DNA of 64,000 nt. Source: Flavobacteriaceae bacterium. GTDB taxonomy: Bacteria; Bacteroidota; Bacteroidia; Flavobacteriales; Flavobacteriaceae. Where the stretch lies: contig JAGYJF010000005.1 of assembly GCA_018402135.1 (NCBI GenBank), positions 406,209 through 470,208 of the forward strand, given 5' to 3'. The translations under genes were made by a program, and so were the position numbers. This document shows positions 37,527 to 46,967 of this stretch, piece by piece (the first letter of the stretch is position 1; each line of letters opens with the position of its first letter). The notes under the pieces were generated by a model, which was not told the origin of the DNA, did not search any database, and saw only the letters and a list, made by a program, of their open reading frames with translations.

Positions 37527-39902
37527 TTATTTTTTCAATTTCTTGCCTAGGATATTTGTACAAACCGTGGTGAATATCACAATACTTATAGAACTTAAAG
37601 GCATTAAAATAGCTGCTATTACAGGGGAAAGCTGACCTGTAACTGCAAAATATAATCCAACGATGTTATACATAAACGAAAGCACAAATGCCCATTTAAT
37701 AATTTTGATGGCTTGTTTCGATAAATCGAGATAAGTGCTTAATTTATTAAATTTTGTAGCATCCAAAATAGCATCACAAGCAGGCGAGAATACGTTCACA
37801 TTTTCTGAAATAGCAATACCTACTTCACTTTGAGCCAAAGCACCGGCATCATTTAAACCGTCGCCAATCATTAAAATACGTTGACCTTCGGTTTGATGAT
37901 GTGCAATATATTCTAGCTTGTCTTCAGGTTTCTGATTGAATAAGAGCTTGGTTTTTGAAGGCAATATTTTTTTTAGATTTTCAAATTCACCGTCATTGTC
38001 ACCCGAAAGAATAGTGAGTTCGTAGTAATTTTTTAATTGGTTGAACAATTTGGTTAAGCCTTGACGGTATTTGTTATAAAAGGTGAATTTCCCTTTGTAT
38101 CTATTGTTCGTACTGATGTGCACGGCGGTATTTAAAACCTGTGTATCGGCTGCTCCAACAAATTGTGCAGAGCCAATTTTTATTTCATTTGAATTGTGTT
38201 TTGCAGCTATGCCTTTGCCTAGGTGTTCCTGATAATCATCTAATGTCAAAATTTGTTGCGATGCCAACAAATCGTAAAGACTTCTGCTCAAAGGATGATT
38301 CGATTGTCGTAAAGAACTTTTTAGCAAAATCGATTCCTCGGTTGATAAAGGCATACCTTCATATGTTGCTTCAGCAGATTGCCCTGAAGTAATCGTTCCA
38401 GTTTTATCAAAAATAATGCTATTGATTTTGGCCAAGCGTTCAATAACTGAGGCGTTTTTCAAATAGAATTTATCCCGACCAAATATCCTGAGAATGTTTC
38501 CAAGGGTAAAAGGTGCGGCTAAGGCGATGGCGCAAGGGCAGGCAATAATTAAAACCGCTGTAAAAACATTCATGGCTTTAGAAGCATCAGTGAACAACCA
38601 ATACGTTGTTGCAATTACAGCAATACTCAACACGTAAATGGTGAATTGTTTGCTAATGCTATTGGTAAGCGTTTCGAAGGCACTTTCTTTGTTTTTTGAA
38701 AACACGTCGTTACCCCAAAGTTGTGTTAGATAACTCTGTTCAACAGCTTTTAAAGCTTCAATTTCTATAACACCCTGCGTTTGTTTTCCGCCAGCAAATA
38801 GTTTATCACCAGATGTTTTTGAAATCACTTTAGATTCACCTGTAACAAAACTATAATCTATTTTGGCCTTGCCTTTTATAAGAATGGCATCCACAGGAAT
38901 TAATTCATGATTTCTTATAAGTAGTCGGTCACCTTCTTTAATATCGTAAACTTGTATTGGTACTTCGCTTTGGTCTTTGTTAATTTTAGTGACTGCGATA
39001 GGGAAGTAGCTTTTATAGTTTCTTTCAAAGGATAAGAATGAATATGTTTTCTGCTGAAAAAATTTACCCAGCAACAAGAAGAAAATCAATCCTGTGAAAC
39101 TGTCGAAGAATCCAGAACCTAAATCGAAAGCTATCTCAACCGTACTTCTTAGAAACAACACGGCTGCACCAAGCGCAATGGGCACATCGATATTTAAAAT
39201 CTTAGCGCGCAGTCCTTTGTACGCCGAAATAAAATAATCTTGAGCAGCATAGAATAGTACAGGCACCGAAAAGGCAAACATCAACCATCGGAATAGATTT
39301 TTGTACTGGTCTAGCCAGTATTCATCAACTTCAAAATATTCCGGAAATGATAAAAACATCACATTGCCAAAGGCAAATCCAGCAACTCCTAGTTTGTAAA
39401 TTAGGGATCGGTTGATGGCACTGGCACCTTTTCCGAAGTCGTCTAAACTTATGTAAGGTTCGTAGCCAATATTACTGAGGAGAATGACAATTTCTTTGAG
39501 GTTTGTTTCCTTTGGCGAATAGCTAATGCGCACATTTTTTTTACCGAAATTAACTTGGGAATCACTGATGCCTTTTTGAAGTTTTTTCAGATTTTCTAAA
39601 ACCCAAATACAGGAACTGCAATGAATATGAGGAATGTAAAGCGTTACAATTTCTAAAGTATCATCTTTAAACTCTAGTAATTTATCAATAATGGCATCCT
39701 GCGCGAGGAAATCGTATTTGCCTTCAATATCTAACGGTGTTGCGCCAGGTGCTGCCTGCATATCGTAGTAACAGGTTAAATCATTTTCAGAAAATATTTC
39801 GTAAACGGTTTTGCAACCATTACAACAGAATTCTTTTTCGTCATGTTTAATGATGTTTGCGTCGCAAGCGTCTCCGCAGTGATAACATGTTGGTGTACTC
39901 AT
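37527..39902 (-). CDS. ccoI: Copper-translocating P1B-type ATPase of the cbb3 cluster
   Basis: CYHCG…CCNGC, HCSSC, TGES, CPC, DKTGT, GDGLND; ATG 39902. Confidence 0.9.
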   Translation of the reverse strand: MSTPTCYHCGDACDANIIKHDEKEFCCNGCKTVYEIFSENDLTCYYDMQAAPGATPLDIEGKYDFLAQDAIIDKLLEFKDDTLEIVTLYIPHIHCSSCIWVLENLKKLQKGISDSQVNFGKKNVRISYSPKETNLKEIVILLSNIGYEPYISLDDFGKGASAINRSLIYKLGVAGFAFGNVMFLSFPEYFEVDEYWLDQYKNLFRWLMFAFSVPVLFYAAQDYFISAYKGLRAKILNIDVPIALGAAVLFLRSTVEIAFDLGSGFFDSFTGLIFFLLLGKFFQQKTYSFLSFERNYKSYFPIAVTKINKDQSEVPIQVYDIKEGDRLLIRNHELIPVDAILIKGKAKIDYSFVTGESKVISKTSGDKLFAGGKQTQGVIEIEALKAVEQSYLTQLWGNDVFSKNKESAFETLTNSISKQFTIYVLSIAVIATTYWLFTDASKAMNVFTAVLIIACPCAIALAAPFTLGNILRIFGRDKFYLKNASVIERLAKINSIIFDKTGTITSGQSAEATYEGMPLSTEESILLKSSLRQSNHPLSRSLYDLLASQQILTLDDYQEHLGKGIAAKHNSNEIKIGSAQFVGAADTQVLNTAVHISTNNRYKGKFTFYNKYRQGLTKLFNQLKNYYELTILSGDNDGEFENLKKILPSKTKLLFNQKPEDKLEYIAHHQTEGQRILMIGDGLNDAGALAQSEVGIAISENVNVFSPACDAILDATKFNKLSTYLDLSKQAIKIIKWAFVLSFMYNIVGLYFAVTGQLSPVIAAILMPLSSISIVIFTTVCTNILGKKLKK

Positions 39903-39929
39903 ATATACAATTGCTCTAATACCTGGGTG

Positions 39930-39973
39930 CAAAGATGGGCTGGTAACCATTTTTAAACTATGATATTGGTCAG
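39930..39973 (-). promoter_or_regulatory. FNR/CRP-like palindrome and -7-like box of ccoI
   Basis: ATGAT-ATTG-GTCAG 39960-39973; CATCTTTG on the minus strand 39937-39930 (22-bp gap). Confidence 0.65.
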
Positions 39974-39988
39974 TTGATTTTTTTTGCT

Positions 39989-40241
39989 CACAGATAGCAC
40001 AGATTTACACAGATTTTTTTCTACTTTTAAATAAAATAATCTCTTTATTTAAGGAATTGTATACTCTGTGAAACTCTGTGTAATCTCTGCGAATCTCTGC
40101 GAATTTCTGTGAAATAGTTTAACCACAAAGTACACCAAGAAAGCACAGAGGTCACAAAGCTTTTTTTAGAATAAGGAAAAGATTATTACTTTGTGAGGTT
40201 TTTAAAAATCTTAGAGTTCTTTTTGGTTGATATTCACAGAA
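39989..40241. repeat. Nested inverted arrays of CACAGA/CACAAAG short repeats
   Basis: CACAGAT x3 (39989-40014); (C/T)TCTG(T/C)G x5 (40064-40111); AACCACAAAG…TCACAAAG (40121-40159) facing CTTTGTGA…CTTTTTGGTT (40189-40228). Confidence 0.8.
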
Positions 40242-40269
40242 AGGAAGTCAATTAGTAACTATGCATAAA

Positions 40270-40298
40270 CAAAAAGACACCCAAATGGATGCCTTTTT
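40270..40298 (-). terminator. Intrinsic terminator after the S9 peptidase
   Basis: Minus strand GGCATCC-ATTT-GGGTGTC followed by a T run. Confidence 0.55.
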
Positions 40299-40322
40299 TG
40301 TGAACTATTTTATTAAAACGCT

Positions 40323-42266
40323 TTATTCTGCCTTAATCGCTCCGGACCGAATTTCACCATCGGTTGTAGGCTGGTCTTCTTTTAAATATTTGTCTAAAAA
40401 CTGCACGATGCGGCTATAGGCTTCAATTTGATTTTCTTTTTTCACAAAACCATGACCTTCATCTTCAAACAGTACATATTCCACTGGTACACCATTGGCT
40501 CTCACGCCAGCAACAATTTCATCAGACTCTACTTGAAGTACTCTTGGGTCTGTAGCACCTTGCAATACCATGAGTGGTTTGGTTACTTTTTCGGTGTGGA
40601 ATAATGGCGAAATACGTTTAAGTCGCACAGAATCTTGGGTAAAAGGATCACCCAATTCTAAATACAGCGCTTTGCGTTGAGCCTCCCAATAAGGTGGAAT
40701 ACTTTTTAAGGTTCTAATCCAGTTGGTTACACCATAAATATTAACACCTACTGCAAATTCTTCGGGCGTATAGGTTAAGGCTGCCATGGTCATGTAGCCG
40801 CCGTAAGAACCACCCATGATGCCTATTTTAGACGCATCAATTTCGGGTTGCGTGGTTAGCCAATTTTTGCCTTCCACACAATCTTGCAAATCTTTTTCAC
40901 CGTGGTTGAGGTCGTCCATTTGGTAGAAAGTTTTGCCGTAACCACTGCTACCTCTGTTATTAACGGCTAAAACTGCATAGCCTTGGTTAAGCATATACTG
41001 CATAAGGGGATTGTAAGATTGTCGTGTTTGTCCGCCTGGTCCGCCGTGCACCCAAATCATTGCGGGTACCTTATTATCGGCTGAAGCTTGGTGCGGTAAA
41101 TAATAGATAGCTGGTATTTCAACACCATCGAAAGATTTAAATCTGACAACCGTGGCATTGACTAAATCTTCTTCATTGATTGCCTCGTTTAGTACATTGG
41201 TTAATCGGTAGCGGGTTGAAGTTGCTAAGTTATAGGTGTACATGTCTGATGGCGTTCCTGATCCACTAACAAACATTCGCATCATGCTTTCGTCATTGGA
41301 AAAAACTACATTGCTAATGCTTTTATTTTCAAAATCTGGTAGTTGCAAGGCATCGCCTGAAAGGTTGTCAATTACTTCGATATCCGTTTTCCCATCGTTA
41401 TTCACATAAATGGTCATGTAAGTTCCTTGTTCAGAAATACTACATCCTAGGATGTCCCAATTGCGCTCTATAATTTTTTCTTTGTCGCCAGTTTCTAAAT
41501 TGTAACCCATTAAGTATGAGAATTCTGAATCAACATCGGTAGTGTAATACAAATAATTGTTGTCTTTGGAGAAGTCTTGAGCATTATTACCACTTTGTAT
41601 ACTGTTGATTTGAATTGTTTTTCCAGTGCTCAGGTTATGAACAAATAAATCGCTATCGTTGGTATTAATTGCTTTTGTAAAAGCTATGTGTTGTTTGTCA
41701 TCGGATATGGCATTAAATTGCATGCCATCCTCATTTTGAAAGATGAGTTTGGTATTGAAATCATTAATGTTCAATTCATATAAATCGAAGTATTTCGGGT
41801 CTCTTTTATTAGAACCAAAAAAGAAACTTTGCTGGTCTTTAGCCCAGCGATAGAAGGTTGATTTGGCACCTTTTTCAGGCGTTAAATCGGTGATAACGCC
41901 TGTTGTATCGCGCAGATAGATATGATTAATTTCATCGCCATTGCCATCGGCACTAAACAATAATCGATCGTCATTCGGGAAAAACGAAATACTGTAAATG
42001 GAGGTGCTATCTGAAGCAGTTATTGGCGTATAATTACCGCCAGTCGCTGGAATTGTGTATAAATTGAAAATCCCAGTTCGGTTACTCGAGATTAGAACCT
42101 TAGAATTGTCAAAAGACAGACTACCGCCGCGCACGGCTTCGTTATCCATAAACTGTGCAATGCTATACGATTGCACTTCGGATGGTGTTGTTGCGTTGCT
42201 TTCAGCTTGCTTTTCTTTGCAGGCGAAAACGCTCAATAGTAAAAGAAAGATTGATAAAAGTCTCAT
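40323..42266 (-). CDS. S9-family (prolyl oligopeptidase-like) peptidase, lipoprotein
   Basis: Beta-propeller plus VHGGPG, GGSYGG, QGATDPRV, DEGHGF triad motifs. Confidence 0.92.
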   Translation of the reverse strand: MRLLSIFLLLLSVFACKEKQAESNATTPSEVQSYSIAQFMDNEAVRGGSLSFDNSKVLISSNRTGIFNLYTIPATGGNYTPITASDSTSIYSISFFPNDDRLLFSADGNGDEINHIYLRDTTGVITDLTPEKGAKSTFYRWAKDQQSFFFGSNKRDPKYFDLYELNINDFNTKLIFQNEDGMQFNAISDDKQHIAFTKAINTNDSDLFVHNLSTGKTIQINSIQSGNNAQDFSKDNNYLYYTTDVDSEFSYLMGYNLETGDKEKIIERNWDILGCSISEQGTYMTIYVNNDGKTDIEVIDNLSGDALQLPDFENKSISNVVFSNDESMMRMFVSGSGTPSDMYTYNLATSTRYRLTNVLNEAINEEDLVNATVVRFKSFDGVEIPAIYYLPHQASADNKVPAMIWVHGGPGGQTRQSYNPLMQYMLNQGYAVLAVNNRGSSGYGKTFYQMDDLNHGEKDLQDCVEGKNWLTTQPEIDASKIGIMGGSYGGYMTMAALTYTPEEFAVGVNIYGVTNWIRTLKSIPPYWEAQRKALYLELGDPFTQDSVRLKRISPLFHTEKVTKPLMVLQGATDPRVLQVESDEIVAGVRANGVPVEYVLFEDEGHGFVKKENQIEAYSRIVQFLDKYLKEDQPTTDGEIRSGAIKAE

Positions 42267-42267
42267 A

Positions 42268-45200
42268 TTAGAAAGTTTTAGTTGATTTAAATATGGAAAC
42301 AGAAAGCGATTCCATGTTCTTTTTATAGTTGGACCAATTTACGGTAAAAAATTCATTGGTTTTTTCAATGGCTTTAGTAAGGTCGTTTTTAGCGTGATTG
42401 ATCAAATTAGTTTCGGTTACGGTAATACCGTTTTGTCGCGAGCGCACATAACCTGATGCCGCATAAATGCGTTGCATGACTGTAACTTCCGGACTGCGGG
42501 TTATGCCTTGTCTGTCGTCTTGTTTTCCTAAGAAGACATCAATTAAAGCGTCAATTTCCTTAATAGCTTCTGAAGACTTGTCGATGGCGTCTTTGTAGGC
42601 GTCTTTATCTAAACTGCTGAGGTCTTTTTTGTATTTTTCAGCAATTTCCTTGCTTTCAACTAATTGTTTTACAACATCTGCCGCTAGCTGTTGCATGGTC
42701 TCAATATTTTTTGAAGTGTTGTAAACTTCATTTATAGCCGTTTGATTAATGTTTAATCTCGGGTCTGATGCCACAGTAACTGTGGTTTCAGAAGAAGTTT
42801 CGCTGTTACTTAGTACAGCCTTGAAGGTACCAGGTTTTACATCAATACCGCTAGGCTCGTTATTTCTTGTTCTGCTGTTTCTAGAAGGTCTATCTATACC
42901 CGCTTCATCCATATACCAGGTCCATTTGTGAATGCCAGCATCTTTGGGCGCCTTTTGTTTTAAGGTTCTGATAAGTCGGTCGCCATCGTAAATTTTAAGG
43001 AATAAACTATCTGAAGCTTTTTTAGTATCGGTTGAATCTTTTTCGGTATCAGCCTTTTCAGAATCAGTATTTTCAGTCTTTTTTTTCGGTTTAAAATAAT
43101 ACGAGAATATAGCGCCACCACCGCGATTATCACCGCCATACATGGCATCGGCACCAAAACGGCTACCGGTTGGTTGTTGGTAAGCCGCTTGATAGGCTGT
43201 TGGCGGATTAAACAACTGTAAATTGGCGTCTAACAGTTTACTGTTTTTAGCCAGTGCGCGTAAAGGTCTGATATCATCTATTACCCATGCCGCCCGACCA
43301 AAAGTACCTATCACCAAATCGTGTTCGCGTTGATGTATCACCAGATCAATCACAGGAACGGTTGGGAATCCTTCGGTCCATTTTACCCAATTATCGCCCG
43401 CGTTTATGGAGTAGTACAAACCATCATCAGTTCCTAAAAATATAAGGTTGGGTTCTTCTAAATCTTCAACTATGGCGAGGGTAAAACTAATTACGTCACT
43501 TTCGTCTACAATGCGTCTCCAGGTTTTACCGTAATCTTTGGTGCGGTAGGCGTAAGGCGTGTAGTTGTCTCTTCGGTAGTCGTTGGCAATCAATAAGGCT
43601 TCACCTTTATTTTTGTTGGAAGCTTTTATTTGAGCTATCCAACTGCCTTCGGGAAGTCCTTTGATGTTTTTGGTAACGTCAACCCAATTAATACCGCCAT
43701 TGGTAGTGTAGTGCACTTTGCCATCGTCGGTACCAATCCATATCATATCCTTTTCAACCGTTGAAGGTTCAATCACCAAAATGGTGCAGTGGTTTTCAGC
43801 ACCTGTGGCATCCATGGTTAAGCCACCGCTGTCTGATTGTTTTTGTTTTTCAGGATTGTTAGTTGTTAAATCTGGAGAAATAATACTCCAGGTGTCGCCT
43901 TTATCGGTGGATTTATGTAGAAACTGACTTCCGAAGTAAATGGTACTGTTGTCAAACGGATCTATGTTAATGGCCGAATTCCAATTAAATCTCAGATCTA
44001 CATTAGCATCAGGATGCGTAGGTTTTACGCCATAATTATTGCCGGTTTTCCAGTCGTATCGCGATACATTTCCGCCCTGACTCATACTCCAACCAAATCG
44101 CGCATCGTCTCTATCGGGCACCACGTCAAAACCATCGCCAAAGCTAATCTCTTGCCAGTACGAATTTCTAATACCTTGATCACGCCATACATAGGCGGGT
44201 CCGCGCCAGGAGCCATTGTCTTGCATACCACCGTAAACGTTATAAGGTATTTCGTTATCGACGTTGATATGATAAAATTGCGCTACGGGAATGTTGCCAG
44301 CAAATCGCCAGCTTTTACCACCGTCTCGGGTAATATTAAGACCGCCATCATTGCCGTCTATCATATAATTGCCATTTTCTGGGTGAATCCACCAGGCGTG
44401 ATGATCGGGGTGCACACCGTTATCCACTCCATAAGCCGGCATCAGCATTTCAAAACTTTTTCCGCCGTCTTCGCTTACATTCACATAGGTGAAAATAGAG
44501 TATACCCTATTTTCGTTTTGCGGATCTACATATATTTCAGAATAATAAAACGGTCTGTTGCCAAATTGTCCGGAATTGCTGTTGACCAGTTTCCAAGTGA
44601 AACCACCATCCTCGCTGCGGTAGAAACCATTCTTTTTGGCTTCTACAATGGCATAAACAATATTTGGTTTATTGCGCGCAATGGCCAGTCCAATTCTACC
44701 CAAGTCACCTTTTGGTAAACCATCATCGGCTGTGATTTGTTTCCAGTTATCGCCACCATCGTGGGTCATATATAATCCAGAACCTTTTCCACCCGAATTA
44801 AAAAACCAAGGATCGCGTTTGTGTTCCCACAGGGTTGCGATTAGTTTGTTGGGGTTTTTTGGATCCATTACCAAATCGGCTACCCCAGTTTTATTGTTAG
44901 CAAATAAAATTTGTTTCCAGGATTTGCCGCCATCGGTAGTTTTATAAACGCCTCGTTCGGGATGTTCGCCCCAGGGAGAACCAATGGCACCTGCGTAAAC
45001 CACATCAGGATTTGTTGGATCTACTACAATACGATGGATGTGTCTGGTTTTTTCTAAACCCATAGGGATCCATGATTTACCAGCGTCTAAAGACTTGTAA
45101 ATGCCATAGCCGCCATTAAGACTGTTTCGTGGATTCCCTTCGCCAGTACCAACCCAAATAACACTGGGATTGGACTGCTGAATGGCAACTGCGCCGATTG

Positions 45201-45456
45201 AAGCGGTGACTTCATTATCGAATATGGGTTTCCATGTAATGCCGCCGGAGTCGGATTTCCATAAACCACCAGAAGCTGTGCCGGCATAAATAATATCGGG
45301 ATTGGAATGTACCGCATCTATGGCGGTAACACGCCCCGACATACCACCTGGTCCGATATTGCGGGGTTTCATGTTTTTTAGTAAGTCTTGCGGAATGGTT
45401 TGTGCGGATACAGTGATGGTGATAAAAAACACCAGGAGAAAGCTTATTAATTTCAT
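42268..45456 (-). CDS. VPS10/BNR-repeat beta-propeller protein (glycosyl-hydrolase-like)
   Basis: RNIGPGGMSGR start; many SxDxGxxW Asp-boxes; GGMQDNGSW; GTFGR. Confidence 0.85.
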   Translation of the reverse strand: MKLISFLLVFFITITVSAQTIPQDLLKNMKPRNIGPGGMSGRVTAIDAVHSNPDIIYAGTASGGLWKSDSGGITWKPIFDNEVTASIGAVAIQQSNPSVIWVGTGEGNPRNSLNGGYGIYKSLDAGKSWIPMGLEKTRHIHRIVVDPTNPDVVYAGAIGSPWGEHPERGVYKTTDGGKSWKQILFANNKTGVADLVMDPKNPNKLIATLWEHKRDPWFFNSGGKGSGLYMTHDGGDNWKQITADDGLPKGDLGRIGLAIARNKPNIVYAIVEAKKNGFYRSEDGGFTWKLVNSNSGQFGNRPFYYSEIYVDPQNENRVYSIFTYVNVSEDGGKSFEMLMPAYGVDNGVHPDHHAWWIHPENGNYMIDGNDGGLNITRDGGKSWRFAGNIPVAQFYHINVDNEIPYNVYGGMQDNGSWRGPAYVWRDQGIRNSYWQEISFGDGFDVVPDRDDARFGWSMSQGGNVSRYDWKTGNNYGVKPTHPDANVDLRFNWNSAINIDPFDNSTIYFGSQFLHKSTDKGDTWSIISPDLTTNNPEKQKQSDSGGLTMDATGAENHCTILVIEPSTVEKDMIWIGTDDGKVHYTTNGGINWVDVTKNIKGLPEGSWIAQIKASNKNKGEALLIANDYRRDNYTPYAYRTKDYGKTWRRIVDESDVISFTLAIVEDLEEPNLIFLGTDDGLYYSINAGDNWVKWTEGFPTVPVIDLVIHQREHDLVIGTFGRAAWVIDDIRPLRALAKNSKLLDANLQLFNPPTAYQAAYQQPTGSRFGADAMYGGDNRGGGAIFSYYFKPKKKTENTDSEKADTEKDSTDTKKASDSLFLKIYDGDRLIRTLKQKAPKDAGIHKWTWYMDEAGIDRPSRNSRTRNNEPSGIDVKPGTFKAVLSNSETSSETTVTVASDPRLNINQTAINEVYNTSKNIETMQQLAADVVKQLVESKEIAEKYKKDLSSLDKDAYKDAIDKSSEAIKEIDALIDVFLGKQDDRQGITRSPEVTVMQRIYAASGYVRSRQNGITVTETNLINHAKNDLTKAIEKTNEFFTVNWSNYKKNMESLSVSIFKSTKTF

Positions 45457-45566
45457 TTTTAAAAGTTAGTTGGTTTAAGACCGTAAGTTAGAAAATTCTT
45501 CTGAATTTAAATCTTAATCTCATGTTAATCCCACTTGATTCAACTCCCAAAAAATAGTACTTTTAC

Positions 45567-46694
45567 ATGGCTATGAATTACAACAAAAAAACTTCAGGTT
45601 TTGTATTTAAACCTTACGAGGCTCCTAACTTATCGCCTTTTGATAAGCTGTTTGAAATCTTTACAGAACTCATCACTTATACTTCGGGTGATTTTAATGA
45701 AGCCATTGACTGGCTTAGGCAGTTAGACAAGGAGTACAAACTCACCACACCCGATTATTCCATTGAAGATTTCATTGAAGATCTTAAAAATAAAGGTTAT
45801 TTACGTGAAGAAATCAAACCCGACGGCAAAGGAGGTTTAGGCATCACCGCCAAAACCGAACAAGCCATAAGAAAGCAAGCGCTCAACCATATCTTTGGAA
45901 AAATAAAGCGCAGTGGTGCTGGCAATCATCGCAGTAAACAAGCTGGAATAGGAGACGAGCATACTGGCGAATTTAGAAATTACCAATTTGGCGACGCCAT
46001 TGAAAAAGTCAACATCACCGAAAGTTTACGAAATGCGCAAATCAATCACGGTATTGGTGATTTTACGATAAGCGAAGACGATTTGGTAGTTGAAGATACT
46101 TTACATAAATCGCAAATGAGCACGGTTTTGATGATTGATATTAGTCACAGCATGATTCTCTATGGCGAAGACCGCATCACACCCGCTAAAAAAGTAGCCA
46201 TGGCCTTGGCAGAACTTATTACCACGCGCTATCCAAAAGACACGCTTGATATTTTGGTGTTTGGAAACGATGCTTGGCGAATTGATATTAAAGACTTGCC
46301 GTACCTTAATGTTGGTCCGTATCACACCAATACCGTTGCGGGATTAGAACTGGCTTTAGATTTACTGCGGAGAAAACGCAACACTAATAAGCAAATATTT
46401 ATGATTACCGACGGTAAACCGAGCTGTCTGAGAATGCCCGATGGTAGTTATTACAAAAACAGCAATGGTTTAGATAGTAAAATCACCAATAAATGTTATG
46501 CCATGGCACAACAAGCCAGACGTTTGCATGTGCCCATTACCACCTTTATGATTGCGCAAGACCCTTATTTAATGCAATTTGTACGCGCTTTTACCGAAGC
46601 GAATAAAGGCAAGGCATTTTATACTGGTTTAAAAGGTTTGGGCGAAATGATTTTCGAGGATTACGAGACGAATAGGAGGAAACGGATTAGGTAG
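45567..46694 (+). CDS. vWA-domain protein
   Basis: MIDAS DISHS, TNT, MITDG. Confidence 0.88.
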   Translation: MAMNYNKKTSGFVFKPYEAPNLSPFDKLFEIFTELITYTSGDFNEAIDWLRQLDKEYKLTTPDYSIEDFIEDLKNKGYLREEIKPDGKGGLGITAKTEQAIRKQALNHIFGKIKRSGAGNHRSKQAGIGDEHTGEFRNYQFGDAIEKVNITESLRNAQINHGIGDFTISEDDLVVEDTLHKSQMSTVLMIDISHSMILYGEDRITPAKKVAMALAELITTRYPKDTLDILVFGNDAWRIDIKDLPYLNVGPYHTNTVAGLELALDLLRRKRNTNKQIFMITDGKPSCLRMPDGSYYKNSNGLDSKITNKCYAMAQQARRLHVPITTFMIAQDPYLMQFVRAFTEANKGKAFYTGLKGLGEMIFEDYETNRRKRIR

Positions 46695-46696
46695 TT

Positions 46697-46958
46697 TCCC
46701 ATCTTAATCTTTCTAGAGAAGAGAAAATAGAAAAGAGAGAAGAGAAAAGATCCGATCAAAATCTTCCCAAAGTTAAGACTTAAAAAAGGACGTAAAAAAC
46801 GAGAAATAACGAATCCGTTCCCTTTTCTTTGGAAAGGGTTACGGATAGGAAAAAGTCCCAGCTAAATCTTCCTTTAGGGAAGACTAAAAGAAGACGTAAA
46901 AAACAAGAAATAACGAATCCCTTCCCTTTCCTTTGGAAAGGATTAGGGATAGGAAAAA
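46697..46958. repeat. Composite intergenic repeat: AG-rich heptamer array plus two ~104-bp tandem units
   Basis: Heptamer run 46716-46750; units start at ~46759 and ~46864, both ending TTCCCTTTyCTTTGGAAAGGrTTAsGGATAGGA. Confidence 0.8.
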
Positions 46959-46967
46959 AAAGAAAAA

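Noticed and set aside
44014-44718. 234-aa antisense ORF (and the other 60-133 aa ORFs nested in longer genes)
   Set aside because: They lie within well-supported genes and have no recognisable motifs; typical shadow ORFs.
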